Shown here piece after piece: positions 1 through 12,587 of a DNA stretch of 64,000 bases. Source of the DNA: Acidobacteriota bacterium (GTDB lineage Bacteria; Acidobacteriota; Polarisedimenticolia; SMYD01). The stretch lies in NCBI GenBank assembly GCA_004356015.1, contig SMYD01000016.1, forward strand, positions 6,612 through 70,611, in the 5' to 3' direction. Made by a program: the position numbers and the translations under genes. The first letter of the stretch is position 1. Every line of letters starts with the position of its first letter. The notes under the pieces are model-generated. The model searched no databases. It was given only the letters and a program-made list of their open reading frames with translations, and was not told the DNA's origin.

Positions 1-1
1 G

Positions 2-454
2 CTCCGCTGGGTCAGAGTCGAGGATGTTGGTGACACGGAGTTCATCATCGATGAGCAGGTCGACAAGTTCCGTTTCCAGAGGGAGAATGAGAGGATTCTC
101 GGCGAGGGGGGAGAGCCTGCCAAAGGCCGGCCCATGTTGCTGGGTATCACCAAGGCCAGTCTGTCCACCGAGTCATTCATCTCGGCGGCATCGTTTCAGG
201 AGACGACCCGGGTTCTTACCGAGGCGGCGATTTCGGGCCGTATCGACTACCTGAAGGGACTCAAGGAAAACGTCATCATGGGCCGTCTGATCCCTGCCGG
301 GACCGGCTTCGCCATGTATCGCCAGGTGCGCATCGCTCCCGATGGGCCGCCGCCGGGCGTGGAGGGGGGCGAGGATGACGTGCTGGATCTGGGTATCGAC
401 GCGTCCAGGATCGAGGAAGTCATCTCGGCAGCATCGAAGGGGTCAACGGTCTGA
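2..454 (+). CDS. rpoC: DNA-directed RNA polymerase beta' subunit, C-terminal fragment (5' end upstream of window)
   Basis: Open frame from nt 2; translation ...[62 protein letters not shown]... matches the conserved beta' C-terminus. Stop TGA 452-454. Sits directly upstream of rpsL as in the canonical rpoBC-str order. Confidence 0.85.
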   Translation, partial: LRWVRVEDVGDTEFIIDEQVDKFRFQRENERILGEGGEPAKGRPMLLGITKASLSTESFISAASFQETTRVLTEAAISGRIDYLKGLKENVIMGRLIPAGTGFAMYRQVRIAPDGPPPGVEGGEDDVLDLGIDASRIEEVISAASKGSTV

Positions 455-475
455 GGTGGCTGTTTTTGGGCCTCC

Positions 476-505
476 TTGACAGGAATACAGGGAAATTGCT
501 ACGAT
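476..505 (+). promoter_or_regulatory. Candidate sigma70-type promoter for the rpsL (str) operon
   Basis: Perfect -35 TTGACA at 476-481, then an 18-nt spacer and TACGAT at 500-505. Lies about 115 nt upstream of the rpsL ATG in the rpoC-rpsL spacer. Confidence 0.35.
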
Positions 506-619
506 GCGCAGGTTTCAAACACGGATCAGCGACAACCTCAAATCCTTGGGGATGAGGTTGTTGCGTCTATTTATGTCCGCGGGGGGTACGCTGGTACCGG
601 CCCCGCATGGGATGGTGTG

Positions 620-994
620 ATGCCAACCATCAGTCAACTGGTTCGGAAGGGCCGCCGGAAAATTGTCGAGAAGACCAAGGCTCCGGCTTTGCAGGGTTCA
701 CCCCAGAAGCGGGGGGTCTGCATCAGGGTTTATACATCGACACCCAAGAAGCCCAATTCGGCCCTTCGCAAGGTGGCCCGGGTGAGACTCACCAACGGTA
801 TCGAGGTCACCAGTTACGTCCCGGGAGTGGGGCACAATCTGCAGGAGCACTCCATCGTCCTGATCCGGGGAGGTCGCGTGAAGGACCTCCCTGGCGTTCG
901 CTACCACATTATTCGCGGGACTCTGGATGCCGTGGGCGTGGATGGAAGGAAGCAGTCGCGGTCCAAGTATGGAGCCAAGAGGCCAAAGTCCTGA
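620..994 (+). CDS. rpsL: 30S ribosomal protein uS12
   Basis: ORF 476..994 contains the universal S12 N-terminus [14 protein letters not shown]...; ATG at 620 confirmed in the sequence. Ends ...[10 protein letters not shown]. Confidence 0.95.
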   Translation: MPTISQLVRKGRRKIVEKTKAPALQGSPQKRGVCIRVYTSTPKKPNSALRKVARVRLTNGIEVTSYVPGVGHNLQEHSIVLIRGGRVKDLPGVRYHIIRGTLDAVGVDGRKQSRSKYGAKRPKS

Positions 995-1071
995 AAATCA
1001 TAGGATCCCCGGTATTCCCTGTCGCAGGGCTGTCAGGAATTCCGGAAAACAGTTCAAGGAGAAGTTGAGTT

Positions 1072-1542
1072 ATGCCGAGGCGGCGTGAAGTACCTAAGCG
1101 AACGGTTGTGCCCGACCCGATCTACCAGTCGACTCTTGCATCCCGCTTCATCAATGCTGTGATGAGTGACGGGAAGAAGAGCACGGCGGAGGGTATTTTC
1201 TACGGCGCCATGGATATCCTCAAGGAGAAGACGGGAGACGACCCCATCAAGATCTTCAAGAAGGCAATTGATAATGTCAAGCCGTCTCTCGAGGTGAAGG
1301 CGCGCAGGGTCGGTGGCGCAACCTATCAGATACCCATTGAAGTCAAGCCCAATCGCCGTCTTTCCCTGGCTCTGCGCTGGGTGATCAGTTACGCCAAGGC
1401 TCGGGGTGAAAGGGGAATGAAGGCCAGGCTTGCCAACGAATTTCTGGACGCTTCCAATCTTCGTGGAGGGGCTGTCAAGAAGAAGGAAGATACTCATCGC
1501 ATGGCTGAGGCTAACAAGGCTTTTGCCCATTACAGGTGGTAG
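1072..1542 (+). CDS. rpsG: 30S ribosomal protein uS7
   Basis: 156 aa; [20 protein letters not shown]...[10 protein letters not shown] has the typical S7 start and C-terminus. Position after rpsL fits. Confidence 0.95.
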   Translation: MPRRREVPKRTVVPDPIYQSTLASRFINAVMSDGKKSTAEGIFYGAMDILKEKTGDDPIKIFKKAIDNVKPSLEVKARRVGGATYQIPIEVKPNRRLSLALRWVISYAKARGERGMKARLANEFLDASNLRGGAVKKKEDTHRMAEANKAFAHYRW

Positions 1543-1623
1543 GCAGCTGTCTGTTATTCTGATCGAGGTTCTCAATAAAGCCGTAAGCGGGCGCGGCCTG
1601 GGGCTGCCGCCTGTCGGAGTGTT

Positions 1624-3723
1624 TTGGTGCCACGTCAGTTCCAGCTCAAAAAAACCCGAAACATCGGGATCATGGCCCACATCGACGCGGGTAAGACCAC
1701 CACGACCGAGCGGATCCTCTACTACACAGGGGTCACCCATAAGCTCGGTGAGGTGCATGAGGGCACTGCGCAGATGGATTGGATGCCCCAGGAACAGGAG
1801 CGTGGCATCACCATCACGTCAGCCGCTACCACCTGTACCTGGCGGGACACCCGGATCAACATCATCGATACTCCTGGGCATGTCGATTTCACCGCCGAGG
1901 TCGAGCGCAGCCTGAGAATCCTGGATGGGGCCGTTGCCATATTCTGCGGCGTGGCAGGCGTTGAGCCGCAATCCGAGACCGTCTGGCGACAGGCTGACCG
2001 CTACGGGGTTCCCCGTATCGCCTTTGTGAACAAGATGGACCGGCAGGGTGCCGACTTTCAGGGTGCGGTGAAGTCGATGGTTGAAAAGCTGGGGGCGCGG
2101 CCGGTTCCGGTGCAGTTGCCCCTGGGTGCAGAGCAGGCGTTTTCGGGAGTCATCGATCTGATCGAGATGCAGGCCATCCGTTATGAGGGTGAAGACCTGG
2201 GGGCGAGTTTTGAGAGGGTGGAGATTCCCGCTGAATTGCTGGCTGAGGCGCAGGCTGCCCGTGAGAAGGTGATTGAGGCCGCTTGCGAGGCGGATGATGA
2301 GTTGCTGGAGCGCTACCTGGCAGGTGAGTCCCTCGCGCCGGAGGATATCCGGCGCGGTCTGCGCAAGGGGACCCTGGATTTGCGCTGCGTCCCGGTTCTC
2401 TGTGGGGCGGCCTTCAAGAACAAGGGCGTGCAGCCCCTCCTGGATGCCGTAGTGGATTTTCTGCCCTCGCCTCTCGATGTACCGCCGGTAGAGGGGCATC
2501 TTCCTGGACATGACGAATCCGAGGTGATTTCCAGGAAAACGTCAGACGAGGAGTCCTTCTCGGCCCTGGTCTTCAAGATCATGAACGACTCTTATGTCGG
2601 TCAACTTTCCTTCTTCAGGGTCTATTCCGGAACGCTGGCTACCGGTGATCATGTCCTCAACGGCACACGGCAGCGCAAGTACCGTGTGGGGCGCCTGCTC
2701 AAGATGCACGCCAATAAGCGCGAAGATATACGGGAAGTTTATGCCGGAGATATTGCTGCCGCCGTGGGCCTCAAGGACGTGGCGACCGGCGACACAATTT
2801 GCGATATCGGCCACCCCATCATCCTTGAATCCATGCATTTCCCCTTGCCGGTCATCTCGGTGGCCATCGAGCCGCGCACCAAGGCCGACCAGGAGAAGCT
2901 CGGTGCCAGCATGGCCAAGCTGATGCTGGAGGATCCAACGTTCAAGGTGCACACCGACCCCGACACCGGGCAGACCATCATCTCCGGGATGGGAGAGTTG
3001 CACCTTGAAATCATCACCGACAGATTGACCCGCGAATTCGGTGTTCAGGCGCACGTGGGACGTCCCCAGGTTGCTTATCGGGAAACCATCCGCAAGGCTG
3101 CCAAGGGAGAGGGGCGCTACATTCGCCAGTCCGGGGGCCGGGGCCAGTATGGGCATGTGAAGATCGAGATCGAACCCAAACCCGGCGAAGGCGACCTGGT
3201 GGTGGAAAACCATATCAGGGGTGGTGCCATCCCCAGAGAATTCATTCCCTCGGCGACTGAAGGGGTGCGGGAAGCGGCTGAAATGGGCATTCTCGCTGGA
3301 TACGAGGTGAGGGATGTTCTTGTACGTCTTGTGGATGGCTCCTACCATGAAGTCGACTCCTCCGAATTATCCTTCAAGATCGCCGGTTCCATGGCTTTCA
3401 AAGATGCTTCGGGGAAGGCTGAGCCCGTTCTTCTGGAGCCCATCATGGACACTGAAGTCGTCGTGCCGGAACGCTATCTGGGCGATGTCATCGGCGATCT
3501 CAATGCACGGCGAGGGAAGGTGAAATCAATGACCTCCCATGGTGGGGCGCGGGTGATCGGTGCCAGCGTGCCGCTGGCGGAAATGTTCGGATATACAACG
3601 AATCTCAGGTCTCTTACCCAGGGGCGGGGGACCCATACAATGCAGTTTTCTCGCTATTTTGAGACGCCAAAAAACGTCAGCGATGCGGTCATTGCCCGTA
3701 TCACCGGCGCGGCAAGTCACTGA
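1624..3723 (+). CDS. fusA: Elongation factor G
   Basis: 699 aa; G-domain motifs [14 protein letters not shown] and DTPGHVDF, followed by the EF-G domains. The ORF begins with TTG at 1624. GTG at 1627, with GGAG 8 nt upstream, is an equally plausible start. Confidence 0.93.
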   Translation: MVPRQFQLKKTRNIGIMAHIDAGKTTTTERILYYTGVTHKLGEVHEGTAQMDWMPQEQERGITITSAATTCTWRDTRINIIDTPGHVDFTAEVERSLRILDGAVAIFCGVAGVEPQSETVWRQADRYGVPRIAFVNKMDRQGADFQGAVKSMVEKLGARPVPVQLPLGAEQAFSGVIDLIEMQAIRYEGEDLGASFERVEIPAELLAEAQAAREKVIEAACEADDELLERYLAGESLAPEDIRRGLRKGTLDLRCVPVLCGAAFKNKGVQPLLDAVVDFLPSPLDVPPVEGHLPGHDESEVISRKTSDEESFSALVFKIMNDSYVGQLSFFRVYSGTLATGDHVLNGTRQRKYRVGRLLKMHANKREDIREVYAGDIAAAVGLKDVATGDTICDIGHPIILESMHFPLPVISVAIEPRTKADQEKLGASMAKLMLEDPTFKVHTDPDTGQTIISGMGELHLEIITDRLTREFGVQAHVGRPQVAYRETIRKAAKGEGRYIRQSGGRGQYGHVKIEIEPKPGEGDLVVENHIRGGAIPREFIPSATEGVREAAEMGILAGYEVRDVLVRLVDGSYHEVDSSELSFKIAGSMAFKDASGKAEPVLLEPIMDTEVVVPERYLGDVIGDLNARRGKVKSMTSHGGARVIGASVPLAEMFGYTTNLRSLTQGRGTHTMQFSRYFETPKNVSDAVIARITGAASH

Positions 3724-3760
3724 GGGTCACCCCGAGGGCCGGGGTGAATGGAGAAAGAAG

Positions 3761-4948
<1,188 letters not shown>

Positions 4949-4984
4949 AGTGCGGCAGGCGAGAGTAAGAGAGGACTGGAAATC

Positions 4985-5302
4985 ATGTTGAACGACAAGA
5001 TCAGGATTCGTCTCAAGGCGTACGACTTCCGTATTCTGGATCAGTCGACGACTGAGATCGTGGACACCGCTCGGCGGACGGGAGCCAGCGTTGTGGGGCC
5101 CATTCCCCTGCCGACGGTGATCAACAGGTGGACGGTGCTGCGCTCGCCTCATGTTGACAAGAAGTCGCGTGAACAGTTTGAGATAAGAACTCATAAGCGC
5201 CTGTTGGACATCCTTGAGCCGACACCGGAGACGGTTGATGCGCTCATGAAGCTGGACCTGCCAGCGGGTGTGGATGTTGAGATCAAGGCCTCCGGCCAGT
5301 AG
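4985..5302 (+). CDS. rpsJ: 30S ribosomal protein uS10
   Basis: 105 aa; [34 protein letters not shown]... is the S10 signature. Only 36 nt after tuf, so there is no separate S10 leader. Confidence 0.95.
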   Translation: MLNDKIRIRLKAYDFRILDQSTTEIVDTARRTGASVVGPIPLPTVINRWTVLRSPHVDKKSREQFEIRTHKRLLDILEPTPETVDALMKLDLPAGVDVEIKASGQ

Positions 5303-5320
5303 CCGCAGGAGTATGACGCG

Positions 5321-5953
5321 ATGAACGGCTTGATTGGCAAGAAAATCGGGATGACCCAGATCTTCATGGAAGATGGGGAAGCCTTGCCTGTGACTTTGAT
5401 TCAGGCTGGTCCCTGCGTGGTGGTTCAGAAAAAGGACACCGAAACGGATGGCTACAACGCTGTGCAGCTTGGGCTGGTCGAAAAGATTGCAGCCAGACGG
5501 GTGACCAAGGCCCGGCGTGGACATTTCGAGAAAGCCGGGCTGCCGCCGTGCCGCATTCTTCGGGAGTTCCGCTTGAGTGAGGGAGACGAGGCGCCTGCCG
5601 TGGGTGAAACCATCAGCGCTGACCTCTTTGCGGAGAACGACCTGGTAGATATCACTGCCAAGACACGTGGCCGCGGTTTCGCCGGAGTGATGAAGAGGCA
5701 CAAGTTCGGTGGAGGCAAGGCGACTCACGGATCCATGCATCACCGCCAGCCTGGTTCCATCGGGCAGTCGGCTTATCCATCGCGAGTGTTCAAGGGCATG
5801 CGTGGTCCTGGCCATATGGGTGACAAGTTCCGAACTTCCAAGAACATGAGAATCGTCAAAGTTGACGCGGAGAATAACATCCTGTTCCTGAAGGGCTCTT
5901 TGCCCGGGGCACCGAACGGGTATCTCATCATCAAGCGTTCGAGAAAGGGATAG
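5321..5953 (+). CDS. rplC: 50S ribosomal protein uL3
   Basis: 210 aa; [34 protein letters not shown]... Confidence 0.95.
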   Translation: MNGLIGKKIGMTQIFMEDGEALPVTLIQAGPCVVVQKKDTETDGYNAVQLGLVEKIAARRVTKARRGHFEKAGLPPCRILREFRLSEGDEAPAVGETISADLFAENDLVDITAKTRGRGFAGVMKRHKFGGGKATHGSMHHRQPGSIGQSAYPSRVFKGMRGPGHMGDKFRTSKNMRIVKVDAENNILFLKGSLPGAPNGYLIIKRSRKG

Positions 5954-5957
5954 AGGA

Positions 5958-6587
5958 ATGTCCGCGGTCCAGGTCAGAAACCTGAAGAATGAGGAACTGA
6001 GTAGCCTTGAGTTGCCGGACAAGGTCTTCGCCTACCCGGCCAAGCATCACCTGGTGTACGAGGCGGTCTGCCACTTTCGGGCAGTCGGCCGCGCCGGGAC
6101 GCATGCCACCAAGAACCGGAAGGATGTCTCCGGTGGGGGGCGCAAACCTTACCGGCAGAAGAAGACCGGCCGTGCCCGCGCCGGCTCCATCCGATCTCCT
6201 CTGTGGCGTGGCGGGGGCACAGTTCATGGGCCCCAGCCACGGGACTACGGTTTTAACTTTCCGCGCAAAATGCGCTGGAACGCCGTGCGCTCCGTCCTCT
6301 CCGAGAAAGTTCGTGAGGGGAAGCTGATGGTGGTTGATGAGTTGAACCTCGATTCCCACAAGACCCGCGATCTGACCAGGACCCTGACAACCATGGGGCT
6401 GGCGGAAAAGAAGGCCTTGCTGGTGGATTTGCAAGTGCAGAAATCACTGGATTTGGCAGCGCGGAACCTCAAGGGTGTGCAGACCATGAGAGTCATGGCG
6501 CTGAATGCTTATGACATCCTCAATCATGAGTTCGTGGTTCTTACGGTGCCGGCCATCGAGCGCCTGCAGGAGTTTCTGGAATCATGA
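5958..6587 (+). CDS. rplD: 50S ribosomal protein uL4
   Basis: 209 aa; ATG at 5958. Position and sequence (...GGGRKPYRQKKTGRARAGSIRSPLWRGGG...) fit L4. Confidence 0.93.
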   Translation: MSAVQVRNLKNEELSSLELPDKVFAYPAKHHLVYEAVCHFRAVGRAGTHATKNRKDVSGGGRKPYRQKKTGRARAGSIRSPLWRGGGTVHGPQPRDYGFNFPRKMRWNAVRSVLSEKVREGKLMVVDELNLDSHKTRDLTRTLTTMGLAEKKALLVDLQVQKSLDLAARNLKGVQTMRVMALNAYDILNHEFVVLTVPAIERLQEFLES

Positions 6588-6871
6588 GAAATCACCAGAT
6601 CATTCTCAGTCCCATGATCACCGAGAAGTCAACCATCCTCAAAGAGAAGACCGGTGAACTGGTTTTCAAGGTTCATCCTGCTTCGACAAAAGTCGATATC
6701 CGGAGGGCTATTGAGCAGTCCTTTGATGTTCAGGTGGCCAGTGTGCGCACGGTCCATGTCAAGGGAAAGTACAAGAGACAGGGGCGCACCGGTGGTTATC
6801 GCGCCAACTGGAAGAAGGCCTATGTGAGCCTGCGGGAAGGCACCAAGGGCATAGAGTACTTCGAACTCTAA
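6584..6871 (+). CDS. rplW: 50S ribosomal protein uL23
   Basis: 95 aa; ATGA overlap with the rplD stop (6584-6587); [17 protein letters not shown]... Confidence 0.93.
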   Translation: MRNHQIILSPMITEKSTILKEKTGELVFKVHPASTKVDIRRAIEQSFDVQVASVRTVHVKGKYKRQGRTGGYRANWKKAYVSLREGTKGIEYFEL

Positions 6872-6888
6872 ACGCGGGAAATAGAATC

Positions 6889-7719
6889 GTGGCCTTGAAA
6901 AAATACAAACCGACATCTCCCGGACGGCGTCACGCGGAAGCGCGGCCGTTCGATGAGTTGACAACGGACAAGCCCTATAAGCCTCTGGTGCGGGGTAAGC
7001 GGCGCAGTGGCGGACGCAACCGAAATACGGGGCGAATTGCCATGCGGCGCCGGGGTGGCGAGCATCGCCGCCTCTACAGGATCGTGGACTTCAAGCGGAA
7101 CAAGGACGGCGTGCCTGCTCGTGTGGCGACGATTGAATATGACCCCAATCGGTCCGCCAATATCGCGTTACTCCATTACCTGGACGGAGACAAACGCTAT
7201 ATTCTCGCGCCGGTAGGGTTGAAGGTCGGGGCAACAATCCAGTCGGGGGAGGGTGCGGACATCAAGCCTGGCAACTGCCTGCCCCTGTCAGTGATCCCTC
7301 TGGGCACTGAGCTTCATAATATTGAATTGAAGGAAGGCAAGGGCGCGCAGTTGGTCAGGGCGGCAGGGACTTCCGCTCAGCTCATGGCTCGGGAAGGAAT
7401 TTACGCCCAGGTTCGGCTCCCCTCGGGTGAGACGCGCAGGATTCATATCCGTTGCAGGGCATGTATCGGGCGCGTGGGAAACACGGAACACGAAAACGCA
7501 AACCTGGGCAAGGCTGGACGCGCGCGCTGGTTCGGCCGGAGGCCCAAGGTGAGGGGAGTGGTCATGAACCCGGTGGACCATCCTCATGGCGGCGGCGAAG
7601 GCCGGACTTCCGGCGGCCGTCACCCGGTGACACCCTGGGGCGTGCCCACCAAGGGATATCGAACGCGTAACAACAAGCGGACCGATGCTTTTATTGTGAA
7701 CCGCCGCAAGCGCAAGTAA
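6889..7719 (+). CDS. rplB: 50S ribosomal protein uL2
   Basis: 276 aa; GTG start at 6889; KPTSPGRRH...[13 protein letters not shown]...PWG motifs of L2. Confidence 0.96.
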   Translation: MALKKYKPTSPGRRHAEARPFDELTTDKPYKPLVRGKRRSGGRNRNTGRIAMRRRGGEHRRLYRIVDFKRNKDGVPARVATIEYDPNRSANIALLHYLDGDKRYILAPVGLKVGATIQSGEGADIKPGNCLPLSVIPLGTELHNIELKEGKGAQLVRAAGTSAQLMAREGIYAQVRLPSGETRRIHIRCRACIGRVGNTEHENANLGKAGRARWFGRRPKVRGVVMNPVDHPHGGGEGRTSGGRHPVTPWGVPTKGYRTRNNKRTDAFIVNRRKRK

Positions 7720-7748
7720 TAGCGCCGCAGGGATGAAGAGGATAACTG

Positions 7749-8036
7749 ATGGCTAGATCGATTAAAAAGGGCCCCTTCGTGGATGCTCCTTTGTTGAGCA
7801 AGATCGAAGAATTGAATGCCAAGAATGATCGGAAGGTCATCAAGACCTGGTCGCGGAGATCCACCATAATTCCCGATATGGTGGGTCATACCCTTGCGGT
7901 TCACAACGGGCGAAAGTTCATTCCTGTGTATATTTCCGAGAACATGGTCGGGCATAAACTGGGAGAGTTTGCACCGACGCGCACCTTTCGGGGGCACACC
8001 GGCGGCAAGAGCGATAAATCTGCAGGTGTGAGGTGA
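7749..8036 (+). CDS. rpsS: 30S ribosomal protein uS19
   Basis: 95 aa; [40 protein letters not shown]... Confidence 0.95.
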   Translation: MARSIKKGPFVDAPLLSKIEELNAKNDRKVIKTWSRRSTIIPDMVGHTLAVHNGRKFIPVYISENMVGHKLGEFAPTRTFRGHTGGKSDKSAGVR

Positions 8037-8049
8037 AGCGGAGATACGC

Positions 8050-8421
8050 ATGATCGCGAAAGCCAGACTGCGCTACCTCAAGACGTCACCCCAGAAGGTG
8101 AGACTGGTCGTGGATCAGATTCGCAATCGGGGGGTGGAAGATGCCTTGTCTCTCCTGCGGCATCAGAAACGGGCTGTGGCCAGGGATCTGGAGAAGTTGC
8201 TCCGGTCCGCCGTCGCCAATGCATCGTTCGGGGAGCAGAGGGTCGATCCGGACTTCCTCTATATTTCGCGGGCATTTGTAGATGCGGGGCCGACCCAGAA
8301 GCGCATGCGTCATCGGGCCATGGGCCGCGTTTTTCAGATTCTCAAGCGTTCCTCTCATGTGACCCTGGAACTGGATACCCGTGGCAAGGGAAAGAGTTCA
8401 GGCACGTCGGAATCGGCGTAG
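8050..8421 (+). CDS. rplV: 50S ribosomal protein uL22
   Basis: 123 aa; MIAKARLRYLKTSPQKVRLVVDQIRNRGVEDAL... Confidence 0.94.
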   Translation: MIAKARLRYLKTSPQKVRLVVDQIRNRGVEDALSLLRHQKRAVARDLEKLLRSAVANASFGEQRVDPDFLYISRAFVDAGPTQKRMRHRAMGRVFQILKRSSHVTLELDTRGKGKSSGTSESA

Positions 8422-8435
8422 GAAGGTAAAAGTTC

Positions 8436-9089
8436 ATGGGTCAGAAAGTTCATCCCTACGGGTTCCGGCTCGGTTTCAACCGCACCTGGCACTCCCGTTG
8501 GTATGCGGACCGCAAGTACGCGGAGTTGCTTGTGGAGGACGTCAAACTGCGCCGCCACCTTATGAAGAAGCTTTCTCACGCAGGGATAGCCGGTATCGAG
8601 TTGGAGCGCGCCGCCAACAAGTTGAAAGTCAATATTCTGACGTCCCGCCCTGGGATCATCATCGGGCGCAAGGGTTCGGAAGTTGACAAGTTGCGGGATG
8701 AAGTGGCCAAACGGACCGGCCGCGAGGTGTATATCAATATTATTGAAATCAACAAGCCTGAACTCTGTGCCAAGCTTGTGGCGGAGAATATCGCGCTGCA
8801 ACTCGAGCGGCGCGTTGCCTTCCGTCGCGCCATGCGCAAGGCGGTGGAGTCAGCGCAGCGGTTCGGGGCCACTGGAGTGCGGGTGAGATGTGCCGGCCGC
8901 TTGGGTGGCCGTGAGATAGCACGCTCTGAGTGGTACCTGGAGGGACGGGTGCCCTTGCACACCTTGAAAGCCGATATCGATTATGGAACCCATGAAGCGA
9001 AAACCACCTATGGGATCATAGGCGTCAAGGTCTGGATCAATCGAGGGGAATCTACGGTGGTGCGTAAACCCTCTGAAATGGTTGTTTGA
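8436..9089 (+). CDS. rpsC: 30S ribosomal protein uS3
   Basis: 217 aa; [32 protein letters not shown]... with a KH domain. Confidence 0.95.
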   Translation: MGQKVHPYGFRLGFNRTWHSRWYADRKYAELLVEDVKLRRHLMKKLSHAGIAGIELERAANKLKVNILTSRPGIIIGRKGSEVDKLRDEVAKRTGREVYINIIEINKPELCAKLVAENIALQLERRVAFRRAMRKAVESAQRFGATGVRVRCAGRLGGREIARSEWYLEGRVPLHTLKADIDYGTHEAKTTYGIIGVKVWINRGESTVVRKPSEMVV

Positions 9090-9104
9090 GATGGAGTCCG
9101 GAAA

Positions 9105-9542
9105 ATGCTGATCCCCAAGAAGATAAAATGGCGCAAGGTGATGCGCGGAAAGCGCAGGGGGAAGGCGTATCGTGGCGGTCATGTGGCGTTCGGTGACTAC
9201 GCACTCAAGACCCTGGAGGCGGGTTGGATCACCAACCGGCAGATCGAGGCCGCGCGAGTGGCTATGACCCGTGCGGTGAAGCGCGGCGGGAAGATCTGGA
9301 TTCGCATGTTCCCTGATAAACCCGTCACAAAGAAGCCGGCCGAGACGCGTATGGGCAAAGGCAAGGGTTCGCCGGAAATCTGGGTGGCGGTGGTCAAGCC
9401 CGGGAAGATCCTTTACGAGATGGAAGGTGTTGATGAGCAAACGGCGCGCAAGGCCATGTCTCTGGCAGCAGCAAAATTGCCGGTAAAAACGCGTTTTGCT
9501 GTACGGAGAGGTTTGGCGCGTCGTAGCGAGGTGGAACTTTGA
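9105..9542 (+). CDS. rplP: 50S ribosomal protein uL16
   Basis: 145 aa; [41 protein letters not shown]... Confidence 0.95.
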   Translation: MLIPKKIKWRKVMRGKRRGKAYRGGHVAFGDYALKTLEAGWITNRQIEAARVAMTRAVKRGGKIWIRMFPDKPVTKKPAETRMGKGKGSPEIWVAVVKPGKILYEMEGVDEQTARKAMSLAAAKLPVKTRFAVRRGLARRSEVEL

Positions 9543-9736
9543 AAGTTCAAGCCCTGCGTGAGATGACCCGAGAGGAATTGGGCAAGAAAGACGAGGAGTT
9601 GTGCAAGCAGCTCCTGAATCTTCGCTTTCAGTTGGGAACAAAGCAGATCGAGAACCCCAACAAGATTCGCGAAGTTCGGCGAGATATTGCTAGGGTACGA
9701 ACAGTGATGCGTGCACAGCACGGGGAGACGGATTGA
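9539..9736 (+). CDS. rpmC: 50S ribosomal protein uL29
   Basis: 65 aa; TTG start overlapping the rplP stop (TTGA at 9539-9542); [30 protein letters not shown]... Confidence 0.9.
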   Translation: MKVQALREMTREELGKKDEELCKQLLNLRFQLGTKQIENPNKIREVRRDIARVRTVMRAQHGETD

Positions 9737-10059
9737 CCATGGCTCAGGAATCAGCCAAAGAGAGCAGCCCCGGCAGCCGGCGCACCACCAAGGTGGGAGT
9801 CGTTGTGTCGGACGTTTGTGAGCAGACGGTCACCATCAAGGTGGTGACCCAGGTGCGCCACAAGAAATATCACCGGATTATCCGGCGCACAACCCGCTTC
9901 CTTGCTCATGATTCTCGGAATCGTTGCAAGATGGGGGATATGGTTGAGATTCGGGAATGCAGGCCTCTCTCCAAGCGCAAGCACTGGCGAGTGGTTCGCG
10001 TGATCCGGGCAGCACGAGTGGCCGCGTCCCAGGCCACGGCTGCAGGAGTTGGCGCGTGA
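9733..10059 (+). CDS. rpsQ: 30S ribosomal protein uS17 (with N- and C-terminal extensions)
   Basis: Core ...[68 protein letters not shown]... matches S17. Starts at TTG 9733 (overlapping the rpmC stop) or ATG 9739. There are about 20 extra C-terminal residues relative to enteric S17. Confidence 0.9.
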   Translation: MTMAQESAKESSPGSRRTTKVGVVVSDVCEQTVTIKVVTQVRHKKYHRIIRRTTRFLAHDSRNRCKMGDMVEIRECRPLSKRKHWRVVRVIRAARVAASQATAAGVGA

Positions 10060-10424
10060 TTCAGATGCAAACGGTTCTTGATGTGGCCGACAATTCGGGG
10101 GCCAAGAAGATTTCCTGCATCACGGTGCTGGGCGGATCAAGCGGTCAGTACGGGCGTTTGGGCTCAGTGATCAGTGCTGCGGTGAAAGAAGCAGCCCCCG
10201 ATGGAACCGTCAAGAAAGGGCAGGTGGTCAAGGCTGTCATTGTGCGCACAGCCAAAGAGCAGAGGCGCCGGGATGGGTCGTATATCCGCTTCGACGGTAA
10301 CGCGGCGGTCATCATCGATGACAATAAAGAGCCGGTGGGCACTCGTGTTTTTGGCCCGGTGGCGAGGGAATTACGGGACAAGAAGTTCATGAAGATTATT
10401 TCTCTGGCACCGGAAGTTTTGTGA
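10056..10424 (+). CDS. rplN: 50S ribosomal protein uL14
   Basis: GTG at 10056 gives (M)[21 protein letters not shown]..., the canonical L14 N-terminus. GTGA overlap with the rpsQ stop. The track ORF start at 9957 is an upstream in-frame artefact. Confidence 0.93.
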   Translation: MIQMQTVLDVADNSGAKKISCITVLGGSSGQYGRLGSVISAAVKEAAPDGTVKKGQVVKAVIVRTAKEQRRRDGSYIRFDGNAAVIIDDNKEPVGTRVFGPVARELRDKKFMKIISLAPEVL

Positions 10425-10431
10425 GCGAGAC

Positions 10432-10764
10432 ATGAGCATGCACCTGAGAAAGAACGATACGGTGGAGGTGAGTGCCGGTAAGGATAAAGGGAAACGTGGC
10501 CGGGTTCTCACTGTGGATCCGGCTCGGAACCGTGCGGTGGTTGAAGGCGTGGGCTATGTGAAGCGCCACACCAAGCCGAACCCGCAAAAGAAGATCAAAG
10601 GTGGGATCGTAGAGAGAGAATCATCGGTGCATGTGTCCAATCTCATGGTGGTCTGCGGCGAATGCGGCAAGGCGACCAGGGTGGGGAAAAAATTCCTTGA
10701 GGATGGCAGCAAGGTGAGAGTCTGCCGCAAGTGCTCGGGAATTCTCGATAAGACGAAGGCGTAG
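10432..10764 (+). CDS. rplX: 50S ribosomal protein uL24 carrying CxxC...CxxC
   Basis: 110 aa; KOW-domain core ...VEVSAGKDKGKRGRVLTVDPARNRAVVEGV.... The C-terminal part carries CGEC...(19 aa)...CRKC. Confidence 0.92.
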   Translation: MSMHLRKNDTVEVSAGKDKGKRGRVLTVDPARNRAVVEGVGYVKRHTKPNPQKKIKGGIVERESSVHVSNLMVVCGECGKATRVGKKFLEDGSKVRVCRKCSGILDKTKA

Positions 10765-10776
10765 GAGGGTCGAAGG

Positions 10777-11337
10777 ATGGCCACGGAAGAGACACGGCTG
10801 AAATCCAGATACCGGAATGAGGTCGTTCCGGCGCTGGTGAAGAAGTTCGGGTACGCCAATGTCATGGCGATTCCGCGTCTTGAGAAGATCACGGTGAATG
10901 TTGGGGTCGGCGATGCCCTGCAGAATATGAAACTGCTGGATGCGGCGGCTGAGGAACTGATGGCCATTGCCGGTCAGAAGCCTGTTATCACGCGGGCGCG
11001 GCGATCCATTGCGGCTTTCAAACTGCGTGAGGGCAACCCCATCGGCACGTCAGTGACTCTGCGCGCGAATCATATGTACGAGTTCCTGGATCGATTGGTG
11101 AGCATCGCCCTGCCCCGTGTGCGTGACTTTCGCGGTGTGCCGCGCCGTTCCTTTGACGGGCGAGGGAATTACACGCTGGGTCTGAAAGATCAGCTGGTCT
11201 TTCTGGAGGTGAGCTATGCCAAGGTGGAGAAGATTCGTGGCATGAATATCACCATTGTAACCACGGCCAAGACCGATGAAGAAGCACGCGAGTTGCTCCA
11301 GCTCATGGGTATGCCGTTCCGCAAGGCCGCAGCCTGA
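10777..11337 (+). CDS. rplE: 50S ribosomal protein uL5
   Basis: 186 aa; ...[35 protein letters not shown]... Confidence 0.95.
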   Translation: MATEETRLKSRYRNEVVPALVKKFGYANVMAIPRLEKITVNVGVGDALQNMKLLDAAAEELMAIAGQKPVITRARRSIAAFKLREGNPIGTSVTLRANHMYEFLDRLVSIALPRVRDFRGVPRRSFDGRGNYTLGLKDQLVFLEVSYAKVEKIRGMNITIVTTAKTDEEARELLQLMGMPFRKAAA

Positions 11338-11373
11338 CTGCCTGAGGCAGCAGGACGGAGGAGAAGAAGACCG

Positions 11374-11559
11374 GTGGCGAGACAATCATCTATTGCGAAG
11401 ACGCTCAAGAAACCGAAGTTCTCGGTGAGGAAGATGAATCGGTGTCACTTCTGTGGTCGGCCGCGGGCCTACCTGCGTAAATTCGGCTGTTGCCGGATCT
11501 GTATGCGGAAATTGGCCCTGGAAGGTCTGCTTCCCGGTGTCACCAAGGCTTCCTGGTAG
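11374..11559 (+). CDS. rpsN: 30S ribosomal protein uS14, zinc-binding type Z (61 aa)
   Basis: GTG start; [61 protein letters not shown]. Short form with a CxxC-x12-CxxC zinc ribbon. Confidence 0.93.
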   Translation: MARQSSIAKTLKKPKFSVRKMNRCHFCGRPRAYLRKFGCCRICMRKLALEGLLPGVTKASW

Positions 11560-11591
11560 CCTGCGGAGTCCCTGCACGTGAGGATAAATTC

Positions 11592-11990
11592 ATGAGTATG
11601 ACAGACCCCATCGCGGATATGCTGACGAGAATCCGGAATGCCATCATGGCAGGCCACAAGAGCACGGACATGCCGGCTTCCAATATCAAGGAGGCTTTGG
11701 CTCGTATTCTTGAGGCGGAGGGCTATATCTCCGGCTGTGAGCGCATCAAAGATCGGAAACAGGGAATCCTCCGGGTTCGCTTGCGCTACGGACCGGGTGG
11801 CGAACCGGTCATCACCGGCTTGAAGCGAATAAGCCGCCCCGGTTGTCGTGTCTATGTCAGTGCCACGGAGATACCCCGGGTCCTGGGCGGGCTGGGCATC
11901 AATGTGTTGTCCACAAGCAAGGGTCTTCTTTCCGGCAGCAAGGCCCGCAAGCAGGGTGTTGGCGGCGAACTTCTCGTCAGTGTCTGGTAG
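11592..11990 (+). CDS. rpsH: 30S ribosomal protein uS8
   Basis: ATG 11592 preceded by GAGGA; MSMTDPIADMLTRIRNAIMAGHKSTDMPAS... The track ORF (from 11490) over-extends upstream. Confidence 0.95.
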   Translation: MSMTDPIADMLTRIRNAIMAGHKSTDMPASNIKEALARILEAEGYISGCERIKDRKQGILRVRLRYGPGGEPVITGLKRISRPGCRVYVSATEIPRVLGGLGINVLSTSKGLLSGSKARKQGVGGELLVSVW

Positions 11991-12005
11991 GCGGGAGATA
12001 TTGAG

Positions 12006-12542
12006 ATGAGTCGCATCGGAAAACTTCCTATTCCAATCCCGGCCGGGGTGAAGGTGATCCCTGCGGATTCCCAGGTGAGTGTTGAGGGGCCCAAAGGCAA
12101 GTTGACCCAGGTCCTCCCCAAGGGGATTCGCTGCCGTTTGGATCGTGAGAACCTGCTGGTTTTGCGCCGGGACGACAGCAAGCAGCAGCGGGCTCTTCAT
12201 GGTTTGATACGCAGCCTGCTCGCCAATGCCGTCACTGGCACCCATAAGGGGTTCACCAAGGAACTCAGAATTGAAGGGATTGGGTATCGAGCCCAGTTGC
12301 AGGGGCGCGAACTGAACCTGACGCTGGGCTATTCTCATCCGGTGTGCTACGTGATTCCGGACGGTGTGACACTGGCGGTTGAAGGACAGAACAAGATCCG
12401 TATCTCCGGGATCGATCGCCAACAGGTGGGACAGGTTGCGGCAGAAATCCGCTCCCTGCGCCCCCCGGAACCGTACAAGGGCAAGGGTATTCGTTACGCG
12501 GATGAACAAGTGAAGCGCAAGGTCGGTAAGACCGGCGCCTGA
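12006..12542 (+). CDS. rplF: 50S ribosomal protein uL6
   Basis: 178 aa; MSRIGKLPIPIPAGVKVIPADSQVSVEGPKGKLTQV... Confidence 0.95.
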   Translation: MSRIGKLPIPIPAGVKVIPADSQVSVEGPKGKLTQVLPKGIRCRLDRENLLVLRRDDSKQQRALHGLIRSLLANAVTGTHKGFTKELRIEGIGYRAQLQGRELNLTLGYSHPVCYVIPDGVTLAVEGQNKIRISGIDRQQVGQVAAEIRSLRPPEPYKGKGIRYADEQVKRKVGKTGA

Positions 12543-12587
12543 TGTGTTTCTGGGGGCTTGGCTCCCGCAAATCAAAGAAGAGCGGAC

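Noticed and set aside
453-475. GC-rich dyad plus TGTTTTTGG immediately after the rpoC stop as an rpoC terminator
   Set aside because: Only 4 bp (GAGG/CCTC) can pair cleanly and the inner bases mismatch, so this is not a convincing hairpin. It is more likely promoter-proximal sequence for rpsL.
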